DNA from: an uncultured Gammaproteobacteria bacterium
Lineage (GTDB): Bacteria; Patescibacteriota; Microgenomatia; Levybacterales; UBA12049
DNA length: 57,215 bases
NCBI GenBank assembly: GCA_964483115.1
Contig: CAYZZF010000001.1
Span: 85,907-143,121 of the forward strand
Direction: 5' to 3'
The translations under genes and the position numbers were made by a program. Shown here piece after piece: positions 18,950 through 28,577 of this stretch (the first letter of the stretch is position 1; each line of letters opens with the position of its first letter). Below the pieces are notes generated by a model. It did not search any database, had not been told where the DNA came from, and saw nothing but the letters and a program-made list of their open reading frames with translations.

Positions 18950-19300
18950 ATGTCAGAGATAGAAATAAGACCCGGAGTTTTAAGCACGAAGAGAGATAGT
19001 AAAACAGAAACTAACTTGATGAATCAAAGGCTTGTTATAAAACAAAATGAAGGCTTTCTCCTCACATATAAAGGGTATCTGGTACATGAGTTAGTTAGAA
19101 GCTACATGATTGTATCAAACGCCAGCGATGTAACGACAAATTTTTGTATATCACCAGAAGTTACTGAAAAATATGAAAAAAGAATTAGTGAACTGTGTAA
19201 GTTATTAAACGTACCTTACGAGTCTAGATCTAAAAGTATTTCAAGATATGATAGACGATTGACTGCTGCAGGTTATCCATACTGGAAAATGGTCGCATGA
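18950..19300 (+). CDS. Hypothetical protein
   Basis: 116-aa ORF tightly packed after glyQS. No motif recognised. Confidence 0.35.
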   Translation: MSEIEIRPGVLSTKRDSKTETNLMNQRLVIKQNEGFLLTYKGYLVHELVRSYMIVSNASDVTTNFCISPEVTEKYEKRISELCKLLNVPYESRSKSISRYDRRLTAAGYPYWKMVA

Positions 19301-19752
19301 AAAATAAAAAGATATTATTAGTTGCAGTTTTTTTAATTTTATTAATAATTGGTGGTGGGCTTTTTGTACTTTCCAGAAAATCTTCAAAACCTGTAACTAC
19401 TGTGCCTATACAAACAGAAGAAGTTATTCCTACCCTTACCCCAAGCGCAATTGGACTTTCACTTACAATGGGATCGGATAAAAAAAGAGTTATTATTGAG
19501 ATCGATAATACACAAGATATTACCTTGCTCGATTATCAGTTATCTTATACATCAAAAGGAAATATTCCAAGAGGAGCAATAGGCCGTGTTGATGTTAAGA
19601 CAAAAGGAGAGACGATTAAAAAAGAAATAGTTCTTGGTACCTGTTCAGACGTCTGCCATTACGACCAAGATGTATCGAATATAAAATTAATTCTTAAGAT
19701 TACTAAAACAGATGGAAAGATTTATCAGGTAGAAAAATCCCTCGAGCAATAA
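19297..19752 (+). CDS. Hypothetical membrane-anchored protein
   Basis: 151-aa ORF with an N-terminal TM/signal anchor (KKILLVAVFLILLIIGGGLFVL). Overlaps the upstream stop by 4 nt. Confidence 0.4.
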   Translation: MKNKKILLVAVFLILLIIGGGLFVLSRKSSKPVTTVPIQTEEVIPTLTPSAIGLSLTMGSDKKRVIIEIDNTQDITLLDYQLSYTSKGNIPRGAIGRVDVKTKGETIKKEIVLGTCSDVCHYDQDVSNIKLILKITKTDGKIYQVEKSLEQ

Positions 19753-19826
19753 TTCTTCGATTCTTCTTAGTTTCTACATATTGTGTTTCAGATTGCTAGC
19801 ATACCCTATTTTGGTCATTTTGCCTC

Positions 19827-19855
19827 TTGACACATCTTAATAAATGCTTCAAAAT
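19827..19855 (+). promoter_or_regulatory. Candidate sigma70-type promoter of the mraZ operon
   Basis: TTGACA at 19827-19832, a 17-nt spacer, and a weak -10 caaaat at 19850-19855. Confidence 0.35.
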
Positions 19856-19900
19856 GGAATAAAGTGGGAAAAAATGGAATAAAGTGGGATAATTTAGGGA
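19851..19900 (+). promoter_or_regulatory. Candidate MraZ operator: tandem 20-bp repeat holding five TGGAA/TGGGA/AGGGA boxes at ~10-bp spacing
   Basis: aaaatggaataaagtgggaa / aaaatggaataaagtgggat (19/20 identical), followed by tttaggga. MraZ proteins are known to bind phased GTGGG-type direct repeats in their own promoter. Confidence 0.5.
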
Positions 19901-19907
19901 TAAATTT

Positions 19908-20351
19908 ATGCTTATTGGGCAATATGAGGGTAAAGTTGGGACAAAAGGAAGAATTGCTTTTCCTAAGAAATTTAGAGAAATTTTGGGTGATAAGCTTATT
20001 GTAACCTTAGGTTATGAAAACTCGCTCATTGTTGTGTCGGAAGAAAATTGGAAATCGCTTCTTGAAGGGACAGAAGGAAAACCGTTTATTGAGTATGAAA
20101 CAAGAGAAACACAGCGATTCCTCTTGGGAGGGGCATCAAATGTGCAGCTCGATGGTAAAGGAAGGTTTATTCTACCTTCTTACCTACGAGGGTTTGCAGA
20201 AATTGAAGACGAAGTTATATTCCTAGGGCTATCAAGGTATGTCGAAATATGGGATAAAAAAAGATGGCTTGAGTATAGAGGTAATCTTGAAAAAAGTATA
20301 GACAGAATTTCGCAAAAGCTCGTTGATAAGGAAAAGAATAAAAAGATTTAG
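19908..20351 (+). CDS. mraZ: Transcriptional regulator MraZ
   Basis: MLIGQYEGKVGTKGRIAFPKKFRE and a second GKGRFILPSYLR half (duplicated SpoVT/AbrB-like DxxGR motif). First gene of the dcw cluster. Confidence 0.9.
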   Translation: MLIGQYEGKVGTKGRIAFPKKFREILGDKLIVTLGYENSLIVVSEENWKSLLEGTEGKPFIEYETRETQRFLLGGASNVQLDGKGRFILPSYLRGFAEIEDEVIFLGLSRYVEIWDKKRWLEYRGNLEKSIDRISQKLVDKEKNKKI

Positions 20352-20354
20352 GCA

Positions 20355-21248
20355 ATGAATAATTTCCATACGAGCGTGCTTTTAAAAGAAGCTACAGGTC
20401 TTTTACAAGTTGAAAAAGGAAAAAAATATATTGATGCAACGATAGGCGGAGGTGGACATACTCAGGAGTTGATTAAGCGAGGAGGAATTGTACTTGGCAT
20501 CGATTTTGATAAAGACGCCATCGCTTATATTAATAAAAATTTCAAATTTCAAATTTCAAATTTCAAATTGATACCGGTTCAGGGGAATTTTAAAGATATT
20601 GACAAAATTGCACATTTAAAAGGTTTTGATAAAGTTTCAGGCATTATTTTTGATCTCGGAGTTTCTGGTCACCAACTCGAAGAGGGACAGCGTGGGTTTA
20701 GTTTTCAAAAAGAAGGTCCGCTTGATATGAGAATGGATAGAGATTTAGAGGTTAAAGCAGCGGACTTAATAAATGCTTTAACGAAAGAAGAGTTATATGA
20801 GTTATTTTTTAAATTGGGTGAAGAGCGTCGTGCTTGGACCATTTCTGACGCTATTATTAGGGCCCGTAGAATAAAACCTATAGAATCAACAAGAGAGCTT
20901 GCTTCTATTGTTGAAGGGGTATACGGAAAAGACCGGGCATCTGCCTTTGAGAGAGAAAATATAAACAAAAGAGTCTTTCAGGCTTTAAGGATTGCTGTAA
21001 ATGACGAGCTTAACAATTTAAAAGAGGGTTTAGCTCATGCAATTAAGCTTTTGGAGACAAACGGAAGATTAGCAGTTATAAGTTTTCATTCGCTTGAGGA
21101 TAGGATCGTTAAACAAAAGTTTATAAATTTTGAAAAAATAAATATTGGGAAAATTATTACCAAAAAGCCAATAGTACCAAGCAGAAAAGAGATGGAAAAG
21201 AATAGAAGAAGTAAAAACGCAAAACTTAGAGTGTTTGAAAAAAACTAA
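20355..21248 (+). CDS. rsmH: 16S rRNA (cytosine1402-N4)-methyltransferase RsmH (MraW)
   Basis: HTSVLLKE...DATIGGGGHT...DLGVSGHQL...ISFHSLEDRIVK signature motifs. Position after mraZ. Contains an AAATTTC x4 array. Confidence 0.9.
   Translation: MNNFHTSVLLKEATGLLQVEKGKKYIDATIGGGGHTQELIKRGGIVLGIDFDKDAIAYINKNFKFQISNFKLIPVQGNFKDIDKIAHLKGFDKVSGIIFDLGVSGHQLEEGQRGFSFQKEGPLDMRMDRDLEVKAADLINALTKEELYELFFKLGEERRAWTISDAIIRARRIKPIESTRELASIVEGVYGKDRASAFERENINKRVFQALRIAVNDELNNLKEGLAHAIKLLETNGRLAVISFHSLEDRIVKQKFINFEKINIGKIITKKPIVPSRKEMEKNRRSKNAKLRVFEKN
20537..20570 (+). repeat. Heptamer array AAATTTC x4 perfect in rsmH
   Basis: aaatttc x4, then aaattg. Encodes NFKFQISNFKL. Confidence 0.95.
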
Positions 21249-21262
21249 TTAGAGGGATACAT

Positions 21263-21544
21263 ATGAAAAAACCTGCTTTATTGATGACGATTTCAATAAT
21301 ATTAATCTTAGTTTTATCTATTGCAAAGACTGTTGTTTCAAATAGATTGTCAACATCTGGTGCTCTTTTAAGTCAAACCCTTGGAGAACTAAATTATTAT
21401 AAAACGCAAAATATGATTCTGCGCGAGAAACTTCTTACTCTATCTTCCCTTACAAATATTTCTTCAAAAGCAGGGCTTTTAGGATTTATTGAGAACAAGT
21501 CTGAATTTGTCTTGACAAAACCATTGCCACTGGCTAGGCAATGA
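21263..21544 (+). CDS. ftsL: FtsL-like cell division protein
   Basis: 93-aa bitopic protein (one TM segment plus a coiled region) in the canonical position between rsmH and ftsI. Sequence alone is weakly informative. Confidence 0.5.
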   Translation: MKKPALLMTISIILILVLSIAKTVVSNRLSTSGALLSQTLGELNYYKTQNMILREKLLTLSSLTNISSKAGLLGFIENKSEFVLTKPLPLARQ

Positions 21545-21554
21545 TTATTTAAAA

Positions 21555-23237
21555 ATGATATGGCGATACCGTTTAATATTTTTTATTCTTGTTTTCGCAT
21601 TTGCAGTTATTGTTGTTAGACTCTTTTATTGGCAAGTTGTTAAGGCGCAGGAATTATATCTTCTTGGTCAATCTCAATACGGAACTACTATAAAAATTAT
21701 TCCTAAAAGGGGAGAAATAAAAACATCAGACGGTTTTCCTATTGTTGCAGATAAAATTTCATTTTTGCTTTTTGCAAATCCAAAAGAAATAAAAGATAAA
21801 AAAAAGGTAATAGACAGTCTATCGCAAGTTACTGATATTGATATTGCCTCGGTAAGCGCTGAGCTTTCCCTTGATCGTTTCTGGGTGCCTTTAAAACTTG
21901 TGTCTCCCGAAGATAAAGAAAAGATTGATAAATTAAAACTTTCGGGAATTGGATTTGAAAAACAGTATAGTAGGTTTTATCCGGAAGCCTCAATGGCTGC
22001 TCATCTTTTAGGATTCGTAGGTAAGGACAACTTGGGAGAAGATAAAGGATATTTTGGAGTTGAAGGATATTATGATAGATTACTAAAAGGTAAACAAGGA
22101 ATAGCCGTTCAAATTCAAGATGCAAATGGTCGACCGATTCTTGCAGCCACAAACAGTAATGTAGAGGCAGTCGATGGAAGTAGTTTAATTTTAAATATTA
22201 ATAGATCAGTACAATTTATAGCAGAGGAAAAGTTGAAAGAGGGGATAGATAAGTACAGAGCATCAGGAGGAATGGTGGGGATTATGGAACCAAAAACGGG
22301 TAATATCATTGCAATGGCATCATTCCCTTCATTTTCTCCATCAAGCTACCAAGACTATTCCGACAGCCTTTATAAAAACCCTTTTATTTCAAATATTTAT
22401 GAGCCTGGCTCAACCTTTAAACCTTTGGTAATGTCAGGAGCGCTAGATAGTAAGCTTGTTAAGCCTGAAACAAGATGCCCAATTTGTACAGGGCCTGTAG
22501 AAGTTGGAGGATATGAAATTCATACCTGGAACGATAAATATTATAAAGATGAGAATATAATTGAGATAATTCAGCGTTCTGATAACGTGGGGATGGTTTA
22601 TGTAGCAGAAAAATTAGGAGTTGATAGAATGGTCAAATACTTAACTCGCTTTGGTGTAGGAGATACGACTGGGGTTGATCTTCAAGGTGAAGTGTCTTCC
22701 AAACTTTCCCCCAAGAATAATTGGTATCCCGTGGATTTAGTAACCAAAGGTTTTGGACAAGGTATTTCAATAACTCCGATAGAACTTTTGGATGCATTTT
22801 CAGCAATTGCTAATAAAGGAATAAGAATGGAGCCACATGTTGTTGCTGCTGTTCAAACTCCTGATGGTAAAACAATAAAAATATTCCCAAAAGTTTTAGG
22901 TTCTCCGATTTCTGAAGAGACAGCAAAAGTAATGACCGAGATCTTGGTAAATGCAGTTAATAGAGGAGAAGCATCTTGGGCGAGACTTAAAGGGTATCGA
23001 ATCGCTGGGAAGACTGGTACAGCCTCAATCCCAATTAAAGGATATTACGCTACAGATCAGACTATTGCTTCATTTATCGGTTTTGCTCCAGCTGATGATC
23101 CAAAATTTGTAATGCTTGTAATTTTGGATAGACCAACTGCTTCAATTTATGGCTCAGAAACCGCAGCACCGATATTTTTTGATATTGCAAAAGACCTCCT
23201 TCTCTATTACGGAATTTCCCCAAGCGAAGGGAATTAA
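21555..23237 (+). CDS. ftsI: Penicillin-binding protein, class B transpeptidase (FtsI/PBP2-like)
   Basis: N-terminal TM segment plus SxxK (GSTFKP), SxN (RSDNVG) and KTG(T) (AGKTGTA) motifs. Confidence 0.85.
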   Translation: MIWRYRLIFFILVFAFAVIVVRLFYWQVVKAQELYLLGQSQYGTTIKIIPKRGEIKTSDGFPIVADKISFLLFANPKEIKDKKKVIDSLSQVTDIDIASVSAELSLDRFWVPLKLVSPEDKEKIDKLKLSGIGFEKQYSRFYPEASMAAHLLGFVGKDNLGEDKGYFGVEGYYDRLLKGKQGIAVQIQDANGRPILAATNSNVEAVDGSSLILNINRSVQFIAEEKLKEGIDKYRASGGMVGIMEPKTGNIIAMASFPSFSPSSYQDYSDSLYKNPFISNIYEPGSTFKPLVMSGALDSKLVKPETRCPICTGPVEVGGYEIHTWNDKYYKDENIIEIIQRSDNVGMVYVAEKLGVDRMVKYLTRFGVGDTTGVDLQGEVSSKLSPKNNWYPVDLVTKGFGQGISITPIELLDAFSAIANKGIRMEPHVVAAVQTPDGKTIKIFPKVLGSPISEETAKVMTEILVNAVNRGEASWARLKGYRIAGKTGTASIPIKGYYATDQTIASFIGFAPADDPKFVMLVILDRPTASIYGSETAAPIFFDIAKDLLLYYGISPSEGN

Positions 23238-23290
23238 AATTTGCGCCTTTGAGTTAGATTGGGAATTTCAAAAGAGGTATAATATGAGCT

Positions 23291-24496
23291 ATGTGGCAAA
23301 AGGTGAAGAATATATACCATTTAATAACTGCAGTTTTAGTCAACTTGTGTTTTGGGTTGCCATCAAGAAAACTTATTGTTATGGGGATAACTGGGACAGA
23401 CGGAAAAACTACAACCGTAAGTCTTATTTACCATATACTTAGAACTTGTGGAAGAAAAGCCTCTATGATTTCATCTTTAGGTACAGTTATTGACGGCAAG
23501 ACTTCTCCTTTACCATTTCATGTGACAACACCCTCACCGTTTAAGCTGACAAAATATATTAAAAAAGCTATGGAAATTGGGAGTAAATATTTAGTTCTTG
23601 AGGTTACTTCGCATGCACTGGATCAATATAGAACATTGGGGGTAAATTTCGAGGTAGGGGTTTTGACCAATGTTACCCACGAACATTTGGATTATCACAA
23701 AACCTATGAAAATTATGCGAAGACAAAGATAAAGCTTATTAAATTAGCCAAAAAGGCAGTGGTAAATATGGATGATGATTCTTATAAAATTGTAAAATCC
23801 GAACTCCCAGATAAAAAATTGACAACCTATGGAATGAGTAATAATTCAGATGTCAACCCCCAAAATTTTTCTTTACCAGCAAAGTTTTTGGGAGACTTCA
23901 ATAAATATAATCTGCTGGCTGCTGTTGCTGTAGCTAGAGTTTTGGGATTATCGGATAATCAAATAAAAAGAGGTATTCAGTCTTTTGTTATGCCAATCGG
24001 CAGGCAAGATGTTGTCTATAACAAGAATTTTACTGTTATGGTTGATTTTGCTCATACACCGAATGCTTTTGAAAAAATTTTAGGTACAGTTAAACCAAAA
24101 GTAAAAGGAAAACTCATACATGTTTTTGGTAGCGCTGGGGAAAGAGACGTTGATAAGCGTCCTAAAATGGGAAAGATATCGGCAAGATTTTCCGATGTTA
24201 TTATCCTAACGTCAGAGGATCCAAGAATAGAAGGTGTTGATAAAATTAATAAAGAAATAGTCTCAGGAATTCAAAATTCAAAATTAAGAATTCAGAATGG
24301 AATGCTTATTAAAATCCCAGATAGACAGGAGGCTATAAATAAAGCAATCATAATGGCAAAAAAAGGGGATTTTGTGCTTATTACAGGGAAGGCGCATGAA
24401 AAATCAATGAATTATGGACACGGAGAAGAGCCATGGGATGAATATGAAGCAGTCAAAAAGGCATTAAGTTTACGTTTTCATAGGGCGCCAAGCTAA
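23291..24496 (+). CDS. murE: Mur ligase, MurE-like, lacking the usual N-terminal UDP-binding domain
   Basis: P-loop GITGTDGKTTT already at residues ~32-42. DFAHTPNAFEKIL, GSAGERDVDKRPKMG and TSEDPR motifs resemble MurE. Only 401 aa. Confidence 0.65.
   Translation: MWQKVKNIYHLITAVLVNLCFGLPSRKLIVMGITGTDGKTTTVSLIYHILRTCGRKASMISSLGTVIDGKTSPLPFHVTTPSPFKLTKYIKKAMEIGSKYLVLEVTSHALDQYRTLGVNFEVGVLTNVTHEHLDYHKTYENYAKTKIKLIKLAKKAVVNMDDDSYKIVKSELPDKKLTTYGMSNNSDVNPQNFSLPAKFLGDFNKYNLLAAVAVARVLGLSDNQIKRGIQSFVMPIGRQDVVYNKNFTVMVDFAHTPNAFEKILGTVKPKVKGKLIHVFGSAGERDVDKRPKMGKISARFSDVIILTSEDPRIEGVDKINKEIVSGIQNSKLRIQNGMLIKIPDRQEAINKAIIMAKKGDFVLITGKAHEKSMNYGHGEEPWDEYEAVKKALSLRFHRAPS
24268..24298 (+). repeat. Degenerate heptamer array ATTCAAA-type x4 in murE
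   Basis: attcaaa attcaaa attaaga attcaga. Encodes IQNSKLRIQN. Confidence 0.8.
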
Positions 24497-24538
24497 CCCA
24501 CCCTAAGAGTGTATTTATATTGATACATTAGTTTAAAT

Positions 24539-25978
24539 ATGAAGAAGATTAAATCAAAGAAAGTTAAATCAATTCATTTCGTGGGAATTAAGGGGGTTGG
24601 TGTGGCTCCTCTTGCAATAATTGCAAAGGAAGCAGGTTTTTCTGTATCGGGGTCAGATATAAAAGAAGATTTTATAACAAGCGCTCCGCTTTCAAGATCT
24701 GGGATAGTGCCTTTTATTGGATTTTCAAAGGACAATGTTAAGAATATTGATCTTGTCATTACTACCTCTGCCCATGGGGGGGTTAAAAATATAGAAGTAA
24801 TTGAAGCAAAGAAAAAAGGAATTCCGGTCTGGACACAGGGACAGGCAGTTGGAGAATTTATGAAGGGAGAAATTTTTGAGAAAAATTTTTTTGGGATTTC
24901 TGTTGCAGGTTCTCATGGAAAGACCACAACAACAGCAATGCTTGTTACAATTCTTAAATACAATAATTATGATCCCTCTTTTTTAGTCGGAACAGGCGAT
25001 GTTCCTTGTCTTGGTGATCCTGGATACCTAGGAGGCGGTAAATATTTTATTGCTGAGGCAGACGAATATGCAACAGAGCCAAAATTTGATAAACAACCGA
25101 AATTTTTGTGGCAACATCCAAATCTTTCAATTTTTACAAATATCGAGTTTGACCATCCTGACATCTATAAATCAATAGATGAAATAAGAGAAAGTTTTTT
25201 ATCTTTTGCAAATCAATTGCCGGAAAGTGGGATTCTTGTTGCCTGTGCGGATGATAATCAAATAAAAAAGTTAATTAAAAATTATAGGGGTCGCGTAATT
25301 ACTTTTGGGTTTTCGCCGACCAATAACTTCGTTATTGACAGAGTAACGGTTTCTGGTAAAAAAACTTTTTTTTGGACGAGCGTTAACGGCTCATCGCTTG
25401 GAGAATTTTCTCTTGGGGTTTTGGGAGAATTTAATGTTCTAAACGGATTGGGTGCAATTGTTGCGGCTTTGGAGATTGGATTACCGATTCATAAAATCAA
25501 GGACGCCCTTTTAAGATTTACCGGAACAAAGAGGAGGTTTGAATACATAGGCAAACTTAAAACAGGAGGCAAGCTGTATGATGATTATGCACATCACCCA
25601 ACAGAGATCAGAGAGACGTTAAAAGCTTTTCGGCAAAATTTTTCCAAGTCTAAGATAGTTTGTGTTTTTCAACCGCATACATATTCTCGGACAAAAGCAC
25701 TATTTAATGAATTTATTTATTCCTTTAATGATTCGGATACTCTTATTCTAACCAATATCTATCCATCGCTTCGAGAAGAACCAGATCCAAATGTTTCTTC
25801 AGAACTTCTAGCCAATAAAATATCTATATTTCATAAAGACGTGGTCTTTTTGCCAAAGCTCTCGGATGTGGTAGAATACGTCAATCAAAAAGGTTATGGG
25901 GAGAACACTATTGTTATTACCATGGGGGCAGGAGATATTTATAAAATAGCGTCTAGTTTATTAGGGACTAGCGTTTAG
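24539..25978 (+). CDS. murC: UDP-N-acetylmuramate--L-alanine ligase
   Basis: IHFVGIKGVGVAPLAIIAKEAGFSVSGSD, GSHGKTTTTAM and DDYAHHPTEI. Confidence 0.9.
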   Translation: MKKIKSKKVKSIHFVGIKGVGVAPLAIIAKEAGFSVSGSDIKEDFITSAPLSRSGIVPFIGFSKDNVKNIDLVITTSAHGGVKNIEVIEAKKKGIPVWTQGQAVGEFMKGEIFEKNFFGISVAGSHGKTTTTAMLVTILKYNNYDPSFLVGTGDVPCLGDPGYLGGGKYFIAEADEYATEPKFDKQPKFLWQHPNLSIFTNIEFDHPDIYKSIDEIRESFLSFANQLPESGILVACADDNQIKKLIKNYRGRVITFGFSPTNNFVIDRVTVSGKKTFFWTSVNGSSLGEFSLGVLGEFNVLNGLGAIVAALEIGLPIHKIKDALLRFTGTKRRFEYIGKLKTGGKLYDDYAHHPTEIRETLKAFRQNFSKSKIVCVFQPHTYSRTKALFNEFIYSFNDSDTLILTNIYPSLREEPDPNVSSELLANKISIFHKDVVFLPKLSDVVEYVNQKGYGENTIVITMGAGDIYKIASSLLGTSV

Positions 25979-25984
25979 TTTTTT

Positions 25985-27316
25985 ATGGAAAAGTTTGTTG
26001 TCAATGGTGGCAAAAAATTAAAAGGGACAATTTCTGTATCGGGTTCAAAGAATGTTGCTCTTAAAGCTTTAGTTGCTGCATGTTTGACGCGTGAAAGAGT
26101 GATTATTAAAAACGTACCTTTAATTTCAGACCTTATCATAATGATAGATATTATAAAGGAATTGGGCGGAAAGGTTGAATTAAAAGATCACACAGTGATA
26201 ATTACGGTTAAGGACATAAAAAATACAAAAATTTTTCTCGCCAAGGCTGCGTCAATCAGGACATCAGTAATGTTTATAGCCCCTCTTTTAGCAAGAAAGG
26301 GCAATGCTATGATCCCAAATCCGGGTGGATGCCGTATAGGTGCACGTCCAATTGACCGCATAATCAAAGGTATTAAAAGAATGGGAGCTGATGTTGTCTA
26401 TAATAGCAGAGATGGATATTTTCATGCTAAAACATCGAGCAGATTGAAGGGAACTAAATATAAATTTAGCAAGAATACTCATACAGGGACAGAGACCTTA
26501 ATGCTTGCGGCAGCAGTGGCAAAAGGTAGAACAATTTTACGTAATGCAGCAGCCGAGCCTGAAGTTGATGATCTTGTATCTTTTTTAAATTCTATGGGAG
26601 GAAATATTAAACGTGTGGGTCTACGAACCATTATTATAGATGGAGTTTCAAAACTTCATGGAGCAACATTTGAAATTGCGCCCGACAGAAATGAAATTGT
26701 GACTTTCGCAGCAGCCTGCCTAATAACAAAGGGAGATGTTTTTATAAAAAATATAACAAGGAGGGGGATTGAGGAATTCTTGCAAATGCTTAAGCTCTGC
26801 GGCGGAGGATTTGAAGAAAAAAGAAACGGCATAAGGTTTTTTTATAAAGGTCCTATTTTGGCAACAGACATTATTACATCTTATTACCCTGGTTTTATGA
26901 CAGATTGGCAAGGTCCTTGGGTAGTCTTGATGACTACTGCAAAAGGAATTTCCACGATTCATGAGACAGTTTATGAAAATCGTTTTGGTTATGTTCAGGA
27001 GCTTTTGAAAATGGGGGACAAGATTAAATTCTTTAATCCTAAAGTGGATAGTCCTGAAAAAGTTTATAACTTTAATTATAGAGATAATAGATCCGAATAT
27101 AAGCATGCTATCAAAATATATGGACCACTCAAGCTTCATAATGCGGCTTTGGAGATTTTTGATCTTCGAGCAGGAGCAACGCTTGTTTTAGCTTCACTTT
27201 TAGCAAAAGGACAGAGTGTAATATTTGGTATTGAACATCTAGACAGAGGTTACGAAAAGTTTAGTGAAAGACTAAAGATATTAGGAGCTTCTATAACACG
27301 GAAAAATGAAAATTAA
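25985..27316 (+). CDS. murA: UDP-N-acetylglucosamine 1-carboxyvinyltransferase
   Basis: GSKNVALKALVAACL, the active-site loop NPGGCRIGARPID (catalytic Cys), and C-terminal DLRAGATLVLASL. Confidence 0.9.
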   Translation: MEKFVVNGGKKLKGTISVSGSKNVALKALVAACLTRERVIIKNVPLISDLIIMIDIIKELGGKVELKDHTVIITVKDIKNTKIFLAKAASIRTSVMFIAPLLARKGNAMIPNPGGCRIGARPIDRIIKGIKRMGADVVYNSRDGYFHAKTSSRLKGTKYKFSKNTHTGTETLMLAAAVAKGRTILRNAAAEPEVDDLVSFLNSMGGNIKRVGLRTIIIDGVSKLHGATFEIAPDRNEIVTFAAACLITKGDVFIKNITRRGIEEFLQMLKLCGGGFEEKRNGIRFFYKGPILATDIITSYYPGFMTDWQGPWVVLMTTAKGISTIHETVYENRFGYVQELLKMGDKIKFFNPKVDSPEKVYNFNYRDNRSEYKHAIKIYGPLKLHNAALEIFDLRAGATLVLASLLAKGQSVIFGIEHLDRGYEKFSERLKILGASITRKNEN

Positions 27317-28577
27317 AAATAATATACAAGCAGTAATACTTGCAGCAGGGCAATCAAGTCGTTTCTCTCCATTCAGGTATTACGATCACAAATCCTTAAT
27401 TAGAATAGCAGGAAAACCGATTATCATTCATACTATCGAATCTATTAAAAAATCGGGGATTGCCGATATTATTATTGTTGTATCTTCCAATTCTCAAATA
27501 AAAAAACTACTTGGTAGTGGTAAAAACCTTGGAGTAAAAATTAGATATGTTGTACAGAAAGAACCAACTGGCGCAGGGAATGGGTTGCTTCTTGCAAAAA
27601 ACTACATAAGAGACAATTTTTTTCTGCTTAATGCATCAAGAGTCGACTTCTGTGAATTTAAGGATTTGATGATAAGTAGAAAAACCCCGAAAAATAAAGG
27701 AGTTCTTCTTGTAAAAAAAGAAATAAACCTTGAGAAATTCGGTGTATTAAAAATAAAAAGAGATAGAGTCCTAGATATTATCGAGAAGCCTTCAAAGGGT
27801 GCTGAGCCGTCAAATTTAAGACTCATTGGTATATATCTTTTTTCTAAAGATTTCTTAAGAGTTCTTAGGCAAACAATAGATGAACATTATAGACTCGAAA
27901 AAGCAATATCGAAATTTACAAAAGAGGGAATCGTGAACTTTGTTAAGACAGATAAAGATGCGCCTTCTCTTAAATATATTTGGGATATCTTAGGAATAAA
28001 AAATTTTCTTCTTCAAGATATGAATGCCTTGCGGGGGGAAAATATTCAGATTGCAAAAAGTGCAGAAATTATTGGAAAAGTGATGCTTGGAGATAATGCA
28101 GTGATTATGGAGGGAGTTAAAATCAAGGGGCCATGTTTTATTGGTAAAAATGTAACAATAGGAAATAATACAATTCTAAGAGGCGGCGTTGATATTGAAG
28201 ACAACTGCGTAGTTGGGGCAAATATGGAAGTAAAAAACAGTTTAATAATGGGCGGCACCAGAGTACACTCGGGTTTTATTGGAGATTCAATCATTGGAGA
28301 AAATGTACGAATTGGCGCTGGTTTCTTAACCGCCAATGTGAGGCTTGATAGAAAAAATATTGAATCGGTTATTAACAACATTAAGATGGATACAGGTATT
28401 AATCATTTAGGAGCGATTATAGGCAAGAATGTTCATATTGGAATAAAATCATCAACTATGCCAGGGGTAATAATAGAGAAAAATGCAACCGTTGGTCCCT
28501 TAACTGTAGTTCTTAACAATGTTCCGCCTGACACTAAATACTATACAAAGTTTCAGGAGGTCGTAATTAAAAAGTGA
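27306..28577 (+). CDS. Sugar-1-phosphate nucleotidyltransferase with a C-terminal left-handed beta-helix (GlmU-like)
   Basis: N-terminal AVILAAGQSSRF nucleotidyltransferase loop. The C-terminal half has hexapeptide repeats (IGKNVTIGNNTILRGGVDIEDNCVVGANMEV...). Confidence 0.6.
   Translation: MKIKNNIQAVILAAGQSSRFSPFRYYDHKSLIRIAGKPIIIHTIESIKKSGIADIIIVVSSNSQIKKLLGSGKNLGVKIRYVVQKEPTGAGNGLLLAKNYIRDNFFLLNASRVDFCEFKDLMISRKTPKNKGVLLVKKEINLEKFGVLKIKRDRVLDIIEKPSKGAEPSNLRLIGIYLFSKDFLRVLRQTIDEHYRLEKAISKFTKEGIVNFVKTDKDAPSLKYIWDILGIKNFLLQDMNALRGENIQIAKSAEIIGKVMLGDNAVIMEGVKIKGPCFIGKNVTIGNNTILRGGVDIEDNCVVGANMEVKNSLIMGGTRVHSGFIGDSIIGENVRIGAGFLTANVRLDRKNIESVINNIKMDTGINHLGAIIGKNVHIGIKSSTMPGVIIEKNATVGPLTVVLNNVPPDTKYYTKFQEVVIKK

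Noticed and set aside
23149-23442. 97-aa ORF bridging the ftsI end and the murE start. Also N-terminal extensions of the track ORFs at 8442, 44008 and 52387.
   Set aside because: They are alternative-frame or upstream extensions that overlap well-supported neighbouring genes. Conserved N-termini begin at the internal Met codons (8469, 44056, 52537).
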